Origin: an uncultured Candidatus Rokubacteria bacterium
GTDB taxonomy: Bacteria > Methylomirabilota > Methylomirabilia > Rokubacteriales > DASRDR01
Length of the DNA stretch: 64,000 bases
Assembly (NCBI GenBank): GCA_963826115.1
Contig: CAWGVS010000005.1
Coordinates: 928,001 to 992,000, forward strand
Direction: 5' to 3'
A program made the translations under genes and the position numbers. A model generated the notes under the pieces. That model did no database searches. It worked only from the letters and a program-made list of their open reading frames with translations, and was not told the origin of the DNA. Within the stretch, counting starts at the first letter, position 1. Each line of letters opens with the position of its first letter. Below, one piece after another: positions 20,464-31,237 of the stretch.

Positions 20464-21173
20464 GAGCCCGCCACCGCCTCGACGCGGCGGGTCAGGCCGG
20501 CCGACATGCGCCGCTCGAGGGCGCGGCTCCCGAGCGACATGGAGTACGTCAGGACCCAGTACACGACCGCGATGAACAGGTAGAGCTCGAACGGCCGGAT
20601 CTCCCGCTGGTTCACCGTCTGGGCCGCCTTCGTCAGGTCCATGTACCCGATGATGGACGCGAGCGACGTGTCCTTCACCAGGATAATGAACTGGGTCACC
20701 AGGGACGGCAGCATGTTCCGTACGGCCTGCGGCAGGATCACCTGGCGCATGGTGGTGCCGTACCGGAGCCCGGTGGCCTCGGCCGCCTCCACCTGCCCGC
20801 GCGGTACCGACTGGATCCCGGCCCGGATGATCTCGCCGAAGTACGCGGCCTCGAAGACGACGAACGCGACGAGGGCGACCCAGTACTGGGGGAGCGACAC
20901 CCCGGTCGCGATCGGGATGAAGAACCAGAACCAGAACACCACCATGACCAGCGGCACGCCCCGGATCAGCTGGACGTAGAGCGACGCGGGATAGTGGAGC
21001 CAGGGGCGGACCGACAGCCGGCCCAGCGCGACGAGGATTCCCAGCAGGAACCCGAGGACGATCGTGGGGACCGCCAGCGCGACGGTTCCGCCCCCGAACG
21101 GCCCGATGCCGAAGAGCCCCTGCAGGAGGAGAAAGCGCCAGTTCTCGGCGATGACGGCGAAGTCCAGGCTCAA
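20460..21173 (-). CDS. Polar amino acid ABC transporter permease
   Basis: IRGVPLV, EIIRAGIQSVPRGQVEAA, KDTSL; TTG start overlaps upstream stop. Confidence 0.93.
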   Translation of the reverse strand: MSLDFAVIAENWRFLLLQGLFGIGPFGGGTVALAVPTIVLGFLLGILVALGRLSVRPWLHYPASLYVQLIRGVPLVMVVFWFWFFIPIATGVSLPQYWVALVAFVVFEAAYFGEIIRAGIQSVPRGQVEAAEATGLRYGTTMRQVILPQAVRNMLPSLVTQFIILVKDTSLASIIGYMDLTKAAQTVNQREIRPFELYLFIAVVYWVLTYSMSLGSRALERRMSAGLTRRVEAVAGS

Positions 21174-21916
21174 TGCGCGACTCCCCCACCCCGCACGATG
21201 AGCCCCGGGATCGCCCACCGCCGCTCGGCGCGCGCCATCGCCGCGGCCACGACGAGGCACAGCGCGAGGTAGATGAGCGTGCCCGCGGTGATCGCCTCGA
21301 AGCCCCTCGCGGTGTAGCTCTCGATCTGCCGCGTCATGAAGGTCGTCTCCGCGACGCTGATCGTGAGGGCGAGCGAGGAGTTCTTGAGGAGGTTGAGCGA
21401 GTCGTTGGTGAGCGGGGGCACGATGAGCCGGAGGGCGATCGGCACCAGGACCAGGCGATAGGCCTGGCGGAGCGTGAGCCCGGTAGCCAGGGCCGCCTCC
21501 AGCTGGGCCGGCGGCACCGACTGGATGCCCGCCCGCACGATCTCGGCGAACCGGGCGCCGTGATACACGCCGAGCGCCGCCACCGCCGCCACGAACTCCC
21601 CGTGGTGCCGGTTCAGCCAGTCCTGGGCAGTCTCGGGCAGGAGCTCCGGCACGCCGAAGTACCACAGGAACATCCAGACCAGCAGCGGCACGTTCCGGAA
21701 GAACTCGACGTACGTGGCGCCGAGCCCGCGCAGGAAGCGAGACGGCACGGTCCGGATGGCGCCGAAGACGGCGCCGAGCCCCGCGGCCAGCACCCAGGCG
21801 AGGGCTGCCAGGGCGAGCGTCGTGAGGACGCCCTGGAGGAGCCAGCCGAGGTACGGGCTCGTCCAGAGGACGCTCCACTGGAACTGGTAGGCCAGGGCAA
21901 GAAACGGGCGCGGCAC
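21170..21916 (-). CDS. Polar amino acid ABC transporter permease
   Basis: FRNVPLLV, EIVRAGIQSVP..QLEAA, KNSSL. Confidence 0.93.
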   Translation of the reverse strand: MPRPFLALAYQFQWSVLWTSPYLGWLLQGVLTTLALAALAWVLAAGLGAVFGAIRTVPSRFLRGLGATYVEFFRNVPLLVWMFLWYFGVPELLPETAQDWLNRHHGEFVAAVAALGVYHGARFAEIVRAGIQSVPPAQLEAALATGLTLRQAYRLVLVPIALRLIVPPLTNDSLNLLKNSSLALTISVAETTFMTRQIESYTARGFEAITAGTLIYLALCLVVAAAMARAERRWAIPGLIVRGGGVAH

Positions 21917-21940
21917 CGTTCGGGCTCGGGAAGACCCCGG

Positions 21941-21970
21941 CGGGGTCCGGGCCGGGTGACCCGGACCCCG
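21941..21970. other. Stem-loop between binding-protein and permease genes
   Basis: CGGGGTCCGG-N10-CCGGACCCCG perfect 10-bp inverted repeat. Confidence 0.6.
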
Positions 21971-21983
21971 CGACGGGACGGTT

Positions 21984-22850
21984 CTAGTGCGGGATGACCT
22001 GCATCTGCAGGAAGATTCGCGCCGTCTCGGAAAGGGGGTACGGGACCTCGCCCTGCGGCCCGAACCACTTGTCGTAGAGCTTCTGGTACTCGCCGGTCTC
22101 GATGGCGTCCATCAGCGCGAAGTCGACCAGGTTGCGGAAGTCGGCCTCGTTCTTCCGCATCGCCATGCCGTACGGCTCGTAGGTGTAGAACTCACCCACC
22201 ACGTCCCACTCGCCCGGGTTCGGCGCCTTCGCCTTGAGCCCGGCCAGCTGGACGCCGTCGTTCGTGTACGCGTCGATCTTGCCCTGGACGAGCGCGGTGA
22301 ACGCCGCCGCCTGGTCCGGGAAGACGACGAGCTGGGCCTGCGGGTACTTCTCGCGGATCACCTTCTCGTTGGTCGACCCCTGCTGGGCGCCGATGCGCTT
22401 GCCGGCGACGCTCTGGACCCCTCGGATCGGGCTGCCCTTCTTCACCAGGAACTGCGCGCCGGTCACGAAGAAGACCGCGCTGAAGTCCAGGCTGTCGCGC
22501 CGGGCGCGAGTGATGGTCATCGTGCCCGCGATCAGGTCGACGGCGCCGCTGGTGAGCAGCGGGATCCGCGTCGCCGGCGTGGACTCCTTGAGCTCGAACT
22601 TGATCTGCTTGCCGAGCTTCTTCTCGACGTTCGCGTGGACGAACTTCGCGAGGTCCACCGAGAAGCCGCCCCAGTTGTTCTGCTTGTCGATGAAGCCGAA
22701 CGGCGGCGAGGCCGTCCGCGTCCCGACGACCATGGTGCCCGTGCGGGCGATCTTCTCGAGGGTGGTCTCCGCGAAGGCCGGTGCCGCGCCCGCGAGGAGG
22801 ACGGCCAGGGCGAGCCCCACCGCCGCGATCCGCCGTGTCAGTGTCCGCAT
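21984..22850 (-). CDS. Amino acid ABC transporter substrate-binding protein (GltI-like, family 3)
   Basis: Signal peptide AFA-E, SPPFGF, RIPLL...VDL, EPYGMAMRK. Confidence 0.92.
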   Translation of the reverse strand: MRTLTRRIAAVGLALAVLLAGAAPAFAETTLEKIARTGTMVVGTRTASPPFGFIDKQNNWGGFSVDLAKFVHANVEKKLGKQIKFELKESTPATRIPLLTSGAVDLIAGTMTITRARRDSLDFSAVFFVTGAQFLVKKGSPIRGVQSVAGKRIGAQQGSTNEKVIREKYPQAQLVVFPDQAAAFTALVQGKIDAYTNDGVQLAGLKAKAPNPGEWDVVGEFYTYEPYGMAMRKNEADFRNLVDFALMDAIETGEYQKLYDKWFGPQGEVPYPLSETARIFLQMQVIPH

Positions 22851-22872
22851 GTGTCGCTCCTTTGGCTCGCCG

Positions 22873-23646
<774 letters not shown>

Positions 23647-23877
23647 CCCTCTCCTCGCCCCGCCGCGCTCGGGGGCGCGCTGGGCCGCTCTACCGTCCGT
23701 CGGCCCGGCTCGCGCAGACGGCGGGCCACGGCCGGATGCTCCACGATGGCCTGCGGAGGCGGGCGGGCACACCCGGCAAGGCGCCGCGGGGGCTCGGCCC
23801 GGCCACTCAGGCGACACCCCGATCGGGCCCGAGCGGTCCACGCTGACCGCGAGCGACGAGGGACGCCGCTCGGCCGG

Positions 23878-23906
23878 AGTATATCCGCGCGAGCGACCGC
23901 TCACAA
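23878..23906 (-). promoter_or_regulatory. sigma70 promoter of the amino acid ABC operon
   Basis: TTGTGA-N17-TATACT. Confidence 0.55.
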
Positions 23907-24040
23907 GTCGTCGGCGCTCGCTGCCCGACTGTCCGGCCTCGGTCGGAAGGGCCAGGGAGGCGGGCGGCCCGGCTCGTCCGGGGCGAGGCGCGACGGCGCT
24001 CGCTTGCCGCCACCGTGTGACGGCGGCTAAGATCGCGGCC

Positions 24041-24520
24041 GTGGACACGCCCGCGCTCGTCTCCACGGCGACCGCGCTCCTGGCGGGGCTCGCCTTCGGC
24101 TACTGCGCGCAGCGCGGCGGCTTCTGTCTCACGCGGGCGCTGTCGAACTGGGTCGTCATGGGCGACACGGCGATCATGCGCGCCTACGTGCTCGCGCTGC
24201 TGGTCGCGATCGTCGGGGTGCACGTGCTCGAGCTCGGCCTGGTGGAGTCCATCCCCGTCCGCCCGTTCCGCTGGCTCGCCAACCTGACGGGCGGCTTCGT
24301 GTTCGGGGTGGGCATGATCCTCGGTGGCGGGTGCGCGGGAAGCTCCTGGTACCGCCTGGGCGAGGGCGCGCTGGGCGCGTGGGTCGTCCTGGCGGGCTTC
24401 GCGATGGGGGCCAGCGCAGCCAGCGTCGGCGCGCTTCAATCGATCCGGACGATGCTCCAGGACTTCGAGTACGCGACCGCATCTGGTAGGACACCCAGGG
24501 GCGGCCGTTGGCGGGTGTGA
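24041..24520 (+). pseudogene. YeeE/YedE sulfur-transporter family protein, C-terminally truncated
   Basis: [14 protein letters not shown] and FGVGMILGGGCAG motifs (one repeat only); homology ends near 24470 where it runs into the antisense of a SoxY-like gene. Confidence 0.7.
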
Positions 24521-24790
24521 AGAGGAACTTGCCCTTGGCGGGGACCGGATCGCGCTCGATCGACACCTCGATCGACTGGATGTAGTGGTCGGGCTCCATG
24601 GGATGGTCGAGCCCACCCGGATCGGCACCGCGGCCGGGTCCTCGGAGATGATCGGCACGTCCAGGTCGATGCGGTGCTCGTGGTCGCTCCGTGGCTGAGC
24701 CAGGCCCGGACGCGATGCGACGAGACCAGTGAGACAGGCGGCGCCGGCCATCCGCATCACGTCGCGTCGCGCCAGTCCTTCAAACTTCAA
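24470..24790 (-). pseudogene. SoxY/SoxYZ-like sulfur carrier, frameshifted and truncated
   Basis: Tat-like RRDVMR signal, IDLDVPIISEDPAAVPIRV, frameshift near 24612, then LDHPMEPDHYIQSIEV..DPVP..F.FTPANG...YQMR; no C-terminal GGC. Confidence 0.6.
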
Positions 24791-26009
24791 GACTTAGACC
24801 ATCGTCACTCATGAGAAGGATGACATCGACCTCGCCGCCCGTCGGGATCGTCGTGTCCCCGGGCACGACCGCCAGGCCGTCGGCCAGAAGCATCGAGCGT
24901 AGGATCGCCGATCCCTGCCCCCCGGTCGGCCGGGCGCCGAGCCCCACCGCCCCGCGCTCGATCTGTACGCGGAGGTATCCAGGACGGCTGCCGGGGTTAT
25001 CGATGGGCGCGAGGGCCCGAGCCCGGATCCTCGGCCGCTGGAGCTCCCGGCGGCCCGCCAGTCGTCGCAGGAGGGGCCGGACGAAGAGCTCGAAGGTCAC
25101 CATCGAGGAGACCGGGTTGCCCGGCAGCCCGAAGAAGAAGCGCTCGCCGATCCTCCCGAACGTGAGGGGTTTCCCGGGGCGCATGTTGACCTTCCAGAAG
25201 TCCAGGCGCGCGCCCAGCTCTTCCACGGCCTCACGGACGAAGTCGCGGTCCCCGACCGAGACACCGGCCGACGACACGATCACGTCCGCCCGGAGGCCGT
25301 GGCGGAGCCTCTCGACCAGCACGTCGCGGCGGTCGGGGGCGATCCCGAGGCTCAGGGGGACGCCGCCCGCCTCGCGCACGAGCGCGGAGATCGTGTACGA
25401 GTTCGAGTCCGGGATCTGTCCGGGTCCGAGCGGCGCGTCCGGCGGCACCAGCTCGTCGCCGGTCGAGAGGACGGCCACGCCCGGGCGCACGTAGACCTCC
25501 ACGCGAGCGCGTCCGAGCGAGGCCAGCACGCCAAGCGCCGCCGGACGGAGCACGACTCCGGGCTCGAGCAGCCGGTCCCCGGTCCGGACGTCCTCGCCCC
25601 GTGGGCGCACGAACGCGCCCCGCTCGGCGGGTCGATCGATCGTGACCGTCGCGCCGTCTCGCCGGACGTTCTCCTGCGGGATCACGGCGTCGCTCCCCTC
25701 GGGAAGCGGCGCGCCGGTGAGGATGCGGTAGGCCTGACCGGGCGCGAGCCCTCGCGTCGCCATGCGGCCGGCGCTCACCTCGCCCACGATCGGCAGGACC
25801 ACCGGGTGGCTTCCCGTCGCGCCTGCCGTGTCGGCGGCCCGGACCGCGTAGCCGTCCATCGAGGAATTGTCCCAGGGTGGCACCTCGCGCGCCGAGACGA
25901 TGGGCTCGGCCAGGACCCGCCCGAGGGCGTCGTCCAGCGGCAGCCGCTCCGTGCCCAGGACCGGGACGTCCGCGAGCACGCGCTCCAGGGCCTCGGCTAC
26001 CGAAAGCAC
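24780..26009 (-). CDS. moeA: Molybdopterin molybdenumtransferase
   Basis: PPWDNSSMDGYA, ILTGAPLP, STGDEL, SAGVSVGDRD, PGKPL, LPGNPVS. Confidence 0.95.
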   Translation of the reverse strand: MLSVAEALERVLADVPVLGTERLPLDDALGRVLAEPIVSAREVPPWDNSSMDGYAVRAADTAGATGSHPVVLPIVGEVSAGRMATRGLAPGQAYRILTGAPLPEGSDAVIPQENVRRDGATVTIDRPAERGAFVRPRGEDVRTGDRLLEPGVVLRPAALGVLASLGRARVEVYVRPGVAVLSTGDELVPPDAPLGPGQIPDSNSYTISALVREAGGVPLSLGIAPDRRDVLVERLRHGLRADVIVSSAGVSVGDRDFVREAVEELGARLDFWKVNMRPGKPLTFGRIGERFFFGLPGNPVSSMVTFELFVRPLLRRLAGRRELQRPRIRARALAPIDNPGSRPGYLRVQIERGAVGLGARPTGGQGSAILRSMLLADGLAVVPGDTTIPTGGEVDVILLMSDDGLSLEV

Positions 26010-26117
26010 GATGGTGCGCTCCTGTGGTCAGGGGACGGGCCCGACACCCTCGCCAGTGTAGAGCCTATTCCGCGACTTGGGGAGACCGCGGCGCATCGCT
26101 GCGCGCGGACTGCCGGG

Positions 26118-27647
26118 TTACCAATAGGGCCGCTTCCACTCGAACCGGTACATCTCGCGGATCGGCTCGGAGGGGCAGCGGCCGAGGTCCATGCCGGCGT
26201 CGACGAGGAACAGCTTGCGCTCCCGGTCGTCCCCCGCGTACAGCGCGCGCTGCATGTCAAAGCACGGCGCGAGCCACCGGTCGTTTCCCAGGAGCCACCG
26301 GCCGGGCGCCTCACGGAGCCACGTCAGCGCCTGACCCACCTCCTCGGGTCCCTCGCGGTACCCCCAGTGCACGATCGGATTGCGCGCGAACAGCCACTGC
26401 CCGTCTCGCCACTGGATGAGTCCCAGCTCGCGCCCGGGCCCGATCCGGCGAGCGATGTCCTCCATGATGGCCCGGCGCGGGTAGCTCGACCCCTGCACCC
26501 GGGGCTCGACGAATCCCCAGGCGATCATGACGCCGAACCAGGCGGCCGCAACGGCGACGATCAGCCGCCGGCGTCCCGGGGTCGTCCCGAGGCGCGCGAC
26601 AAGCCCGACGACGACCGGCGCCGCCGCGAGCGCCAGCGCCGGCATCGCCGGGTAGACGTACAGGCTCCGCTTGCCGGTGCTGAGGCTGAAGAACAGGACG
26701 ACGAGCGCCACCCACCCGAGGAGCAGGAGGAGCCGGCCGTCTCCGCGACGGAGGCGACGTCGCCACGCCGGGACCAGCCACGGGAGCCCCAGCACGACCG
26801 GCAGCCACATGAGCGGAATGACCTCGACGACGAAGTACCAGAACGGCTCGCGGTGCTGCCACGCCGCGACCATCCGCTCCACGGTCTGCCTCACGAGGAG
26901 GCCCCGGACGTAGGCGTGAAGCGCGGGGTCGCTGGATCGGGCCGCGAGGACGAGGAGCGGGCCGAGCCAGGCCGCGACGGTGGCGAGCAGCACGAGCGGG
27001 CCGCCGAGCCACCGCCAGTCGCGTCGCGCGAGTGGAGCGAGGCCGTGGTACCCGCGCCAGCGGCCGTAGACGTACGGGGCCAGCGCGAGGAGCGGGAGGA
27101 AGCCCACGCCCTTCGTCACGACCCCGAGCCCCATGGCCGCGCACCCGACGGCGTACCATCCCCAGGCCGGGCCGGTCACCAGATGGCGGAGGACCCCGTA
27201 GAGGCCGAGCGTCGTCCAGAGGATGAGGACCGCGTCGGTCTGCCCAGCCTTGAGCACGAGGAGGCTCTGGACGGTGCCGAGGAAGAGGAGGCCCGCCGCG
27301 AGGCCCACCCGCCGGCTCCAGAGGCGGCGGCCCAGGTCGTAGATCAGGAGCGTCACCAGGACGCTGGACAGGAGGCCCGGCAAGCGGAAGGCGACCCTCA
27401 TGGACCCGGTCGCCTGGTACGCGAGCGCCACGGCCCACGGGAAGAGCGGAGGCTTGTCCGAATAGGGCTCACCGGCCCGGTGCAGGACGAGCCACGAGCC
27501 GTCCTGGAGCGTCTCGAGGGCGACCCCGAGAAACCGCTCCTCGTCGACGCCCCAGGGGTCGCGGAGCCCGATCCCGGCTCCGACCACCAGCAGGGCGAGG
27601 GCCGCCAGGAGCCAGACGTGCCGACGGGCGCGCGCATGCGCCGTCAT
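26118..27647 (-). CDS. ArnT/GT39-GT83-like membrane glycosyltransferase
   Basis: DEERF, YSDKPPLF, TKGVG, HREPFWYF, STGKRSLYVYP; many TM helices. Confidence 0.88.
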   Translation of the reverse strand: MTAHARARRHVWLLAALALLVVGAGIGLRDPWGVDEERFLGVALETLQDGSWLVLHRAGEPYSDKPPLFPWAVALAYQATGSMRVAFRLPGLLSSVLVTLLIYDLGRRLWSRRVGLAAGLLFLGTVQSLLVLKAGQTDAVLILWTTLGLYGVLRHLVTGPAWGWYAVGCAAMGLGVVTKGVGFLPLLALAPYVYGRWRGYHGLAPLARRDWRWLGGPLVLLATVAAWLGPLLVLAARSSDPALHAYVRGLLVRQTVERMVAAWQHREPFWYFVVEVIPLMWLPVVLGLPWLVPAWRRRLRRGDGRLLLLLGWVALVVLFFSLSTGKRSLYVYPAMPALALAAAPVVVGLVARLGTTPGRRRLIVAVAAAWFGVMIAWGFVEPRVQGSSYPRRAIMEDIARRIGPGRELGLIQWRDGQWLFARNPIVHWGYREGPEEVGQALTWLREAPGRWLLGNDRWLAPCFDMQRALYAGDDRERKLFLVDAGMDLGRCPSEPIREMYRFEWKRPYW

Positions 27648-27718
27648 GGGAGCGGACCCAGGCTACTCGCCGTTCCCGGGCGTCGCAAGCGCAGGGACGA
27701 TGCGGCGCGGCTCGGCCG

Positions 27719-28864
27719 CTAAGCCCCCCCGCGAGGCGCGAGACCGAAGCGCGGCACGAACACCCGGAAGGAGAGAATGAAGAGCGCGCCGAATCCGGCG
27801 GTCATCAGAACCGTGAGCAGGACGTCGACCGCGCCGTACCCGCCGCCGCCCGGGTGCATCGTCGACGGGAGCACCAGCACGATCCGCTCGAGGAAGATCG
27901 CCAGGAGCGAGAAGCACGAGACCGTGATCAGCACGCGGTGCCCATCCGGCGGGCGCCCGGTGAGGCGCACCAGGCCGTACGAGAACGGGATCACCCACCC
28001 GAGGAAGAAGGCGCAGATGGCGACCGACCGCCAGGGGTCCGAGAAGAACCGCTGGACGACGTACCGGGTCTCGACCGGGACGTTGCCGTACCAGATGACG
28101 ATGTACTGCGACCAGAAGAAGTAGATCCACACGATGCTGGTGGCGAAGACGAGCTTCGCGAGGTCCTGCATCTCCTTCGGGGGCATCACCCACCCCGGGC
28201 GCCCGTAGCTGTGGACGCCGGTGAGCACCACCAGGAACGCCAGCCCGGAGTAGATCATCCCGACCACCACGTACCCGCCGAGGAGGCCGCTGAACCAGTG
28301 GGGGTCGAGGGACATGACGAGGTCGTACCCGAGGAGCGAGCCCACGATGACGAAGAGGAACAGGAGCCACACGGCAAGCCGCGCCCGATCCGAGCGCCCC
28401 GGCTCCTCGCCGGCGCCGGCCGCCGAGCCGTGGACGGCCTTGGCGAACCGGACGCTGACCCAGTACAGGGCGCCCACGCCGACGATCGTCCGGAGCGCGA
28501 AGAACGGGACGTTCAGCCAGGCCTGCTTCGAGGGGACCGGAGTCGTCACCCACGGGTAGAGGACGCGCATGCCGAGCATGAGCAGCAGGAACAGCACGAA
28601 CGACACCGGCATGAACGCGACCGTCGTCGTGGCGATGCGGCGGAGCCGGACCGTCCACCGGGCGTCGGTAAGCTCGAAGATGCCCGCCATCGCCGGTCCG
28701 GCCGCCGAGAGACCGGACCAGAAGATGACGTTCACCAGGAACACGGCCCACGCGTGGGAGGCTGACCCGCTCGCGAGGGCGACCACGAAGCTCAGCGCCC
28801 CTAGGGCGACCAGGCCGCCGAGGATGGGTCCCGTCCGCCCGGAGCTCACGCCCGACCCACTCAT
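27719..28864 (-). CDS. actF: Alternative complex III membrane subunit ActF
   Basis: ~10 TM; DLVMSLDPHWFS, DLAKL, YFFWSQYIVIWYGNVPVE. Confidence 0.85.
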   Translation of the reverse strand: MSGSGVSSGRTGPILGGLVALGALSFVVALASGSASHAWAVFLVNVIFWSGLSAAGPAMAGIFELTDARWTVRLRRIATTTVAFMPVSFVLFLLLMLGMRVLYPWVTTPVPSKQAWLNVPFFALRTIVGVGALYWVSVRFAKAVHGSAAGAGEEPGRSDRARLAVWLLFLFVIVGSLLGYDLVMSLDPHWFSGLLGGYVVVGMIYSGLAFLVVLTGVHSYGRPGWVMPPKEMQDLAKLVFATSIVWIYFFWSQYIVIWYGNVPVETRYVVQRFFSDPWRSVAICAFFLGWVIPFSYGLVRLTGRPPDGHRVLITVSCFSLLAIFLERIVLVLPSTMHPGGGGYGAVDVLLTVLMTAGFGALFILSFRVFVPRFGLAPRGGA

Positions 28865-29355
28865 CCCTTCTTCGCCAGCGCCCGGAGGTGGTTCACGATG
28901 TCCCACCGGTCCTGGACCGACAGCGCCTCGCCGTAGGCGGGCATGATCGCTCCGCCGAAGCCGATGTAATACGAGAAGTGCCCGTCGGTCTTCGCCTGGA
29001 CCGGCTGGCTCGTCAGGTCGGGGGGCGGGATGAACCGCGGGGTCACCAGGCCGTCACCCTTGCCCGCGGGCCCGTGGCACGGGGTGCAGTAGATGTCGAA
29101 GAGCTTCTTGCCGCGGGCGAGCGACTGGGCGTCGGCCGGCACCGGGTTCTTCCGCAGGGCGTACGCCTCGCGCGTCACCACGAGCTCCGACCCCTCGTGC
29201 GGCACGGTGCCGGGCGGCTGCCCCATCGTGACCTGGCCCGGGACCAGCTTCACGTCGTTCTGCATGCTGGTCATCCAGCGATAGACGACCAGGCCGCCCA
29301 TGACCGCCGCCACGCCGCCGACGACCAGGAGGCAGAGGAGGAACACCCACTTCAT
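28861..29355 (-). CDS. actE: Alternative complex III monoheme cytochrome c ActE
   Basis: PPGTVP, CTPCHG..GKGDG, MPAY, DRWDIVNHLR. Confidence 0.85.
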   Translation of the reverse strand: MKWVFLLCLLVVGGVAAVMGGLVVYRWMTSMQNDVKLVPGQVTMGQPPGTVPHEGSELVVTREAYALRKNPVPADAQSLARGKKLFDIYCTPCHGPAGKGDGLVTPRFIPPPDLTSQPVQAKTDGHFSYYIGFGGAIMPAYGEALSVQDRWDIVNHLRALAKKG

Positions 29356-29861
29356 CCCCGGACCTCCTCGGCGCCCGAGGTCCGGAGCACCTGCTCGACC
29401 GCCGCGCGGTCACCGGCGTCGCACGTCACCTCGATCCCGAAGCGGTCCGCGCTGAACCGGGGATCGTACTGGGGCGGCATCTTGAGGCTCGGCAGCCGCG
29501 CGGTCACGAGGAGACCGAGCAGGGTGCAGAGGCCGCCGAGCAGGATGGTCATCTCGAAGGCGATGATGACGAACGGCGGGATCGAGACCACGGGCTTGCC
29601 GCCGGTGATCAAGTTCCACTTGAGGGCCGTCCAGATCGTGAGCGCGAACCCGCACGCGGTCCCGGTCAGCCCGCCGACGAGCGTGAAGAGGCGCACCGGG
29701 CTCCGCGGGAGCCCGTGCCCGGTGAGTGCCTCCTCGAACTCGTCGAGCGGCACCGGGCTGTACGTGGCGATGGACCGAAGCCCCCGAGCCCGGAGCTCGC
29801 GGATGGCCCGGGTCGCCGTGTCCACGTGGGCGAAGACGCCGAGGACGGTCGTGGCCGCCAT
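29352..29861 (-). CDS. actD: Alternative complex III subunit ActD (DUF3341)
   Basis: YSPVP, GGKP, IAFEMTIL, DPRFSADRF. Confidence 0.85.
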   Translation of the reverse strand: MAATTVLGVFAHVDTATRAIRELRARGLRSIATYSPVPLDEFEEALTGHGLPRSPVRLFTLVGGLTGTACGFALTIWTALKWNLITGGKPVVSIPPFVIIAFEMTILLGGLCTLLGLLVTARLPSLKMPPQYDPRFSADRFGIEVTCDAGDRAAVEQVLRTSGAEEVRG

Positions 29862-31237
29862 CAGTGCGCGTGACCGTCCCGCACCGGATGCGGGATGGTC
29901 TCCTTGACCTCGACGATCGACATCGAGGGCATCACCTTGATGAAGCCGAGGAACAGGATGAAGAACCAGGCGAAGCTCCCGATGATGATGCCGGTGTCGA
30001 CGACCGTCGGGACGTAGGTGCCGAAGGTGTACGGGTAGAAGCCGTGGGCGAGGCCGGGGACGATGATGTTGAAGCGCTCGAACCACATCCCGATCAGCAC
30101 GAGGATCGACACCACGTAGAGCGTCGGGATGTGCGTCCGCGCGCGCCGCGAGAAGAAGACGAGCGGCGCGACGCTGTTGCAGAAGATCTGGAGCCACCAC
30201 CACGGGGCATACGTGCCGACCCACTTGAAGAGGTAGGACGCCCGCTCCATGGGCTCGCCGCTGTACCACGCGGTGAAGCCCTCGCACGCGTAGAAGTAGG
30301 TCAGCACGAGGCCGGTCACCAGGATCAGCTTGGCCATGTTGTCCAGGTGCCGGTCCGTGATGTAGGCGTACAGATTGAAGTATTTCCGCATCGGGATGAG
30401 CAGCACGAGCACCATGGCGAAGCCGGAGAAGATGGCCCCGTCGACGAAGAACGGCGCGAAGAGCGTCGAGTGCCACCCCGGGACCAGCGCCATCGCGAAG
30501 TCCCACGACACCACGCTGTGGACCGACACGACCAGTGGCGTCGCCAGGGCCGCGAAGAGGCCGTACGCCCGCCGGTAGTGCCGCCACTGGCGATCGCTCC
30601 CCTGCCAGCCCAGGGACATGGCGCCGTAGATCGTGCGCTTCCAGCCGGTGTTGGCGTCTCGCAGGGCCGCGATGTCGGGCACCAGGCCGACGATGAAGAA
30701 GACCATGCTGATCGTGAGGTACGTCGAGATCGCGAAGACGTCCCACACCAGCGGGGAGCGGAAGTTCGGCCAGAGGAAGCGCTCGTTCGGATACGGCACG
30801 AGCCAGTACGCGTACCACATGCGTCCGGCGTGGATGATCGGGAACAGGCCCGCGGTCATGACCGCGAAGATGGTCATGGCCTCGGACCCGCGGTAGATCG
30901 ACGTGCGCCACTTCGCCCGGAACAGGTACAGGATCGCGGAGATGAGCGTCCCCGCGTGTCCGATGCCGATCCAGAAGACGAAGGTGGTGATGTACATCGC
31001 CCACATCTGGGGATTGCGCTTCCCCGCCATCCCCATGCCGAAGTAGACCTGCAGCAGCCAGCAGGTGATCCCCCCGGCCAGGATCAGGGCGACGAGCGAC
31101 ATCCAGCCGAAGTAGGCCGAGCCGGGGAAGCTGAGCGTCTTCAGGACGTCCCGGTTGACGTCGCCGAAGGTCGGCGCCGCGGCGGCGCCCCCGGAGATCG
31201 GACGGACCGGCCGGTCGCTCGGGCTCGGCGCGCTCAC
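29861..31237 (-). CDS. actC: Alternative complex III NrfD/PsrC-type subunit ActC
   Basis: FVFWIGIGHAGTLISAIL, WPNFRSPLVWDVFAISTY, SVHSVVSWDFA, GWHST, GMWFER. Confidence 0.92.
   Translation of the reverse strand: MSAPSPSDRPVRPISGGAAAAPTFGDVNRDVLKTLSFPGSAYFGWMSLVALILAGGITCWLLQVYFGMGMAGKRNPQMWAMYITTFVFWIGIGHAGTLISAILYLFRAKWRTSIYRGSEAMTIFAVMTAGLFPIIHAGRMWYAYWLVPYPNERFLWPNFRSPLVWDVFAISTYLTISMVFFIVGLVPDIAALRDANTGWKRTIYGAMSLGWQGSDRQWRHYRRAYGLFAALATPLVVSVHSVVSWDFAMALVPGWHSTLFAPFFVDGAIFSGFAMVLVLLIPMRKYFNLYAYITDRHLDNMAKLILVTGLVLTYFYACEGFTAWYSGEPMERASYLFKWVGTYAPWWWLQIFCNSVAPLVFFSRRARTHIPTLYVVSILVLIGMWFERFNIIVPGLAHGFYPYTFGTYVPTVVDTGIIIGSFAWFFILFLGFIKVMPSMSIVEVKETIPHPVRDGHAH

Noticed and set aside
23807-24790. 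327-aa ORF as an intact Tat protein
   Set aside because: Only the first ~60 aa are SoxY-like; the rest is out of frame and antisense to yeeE.
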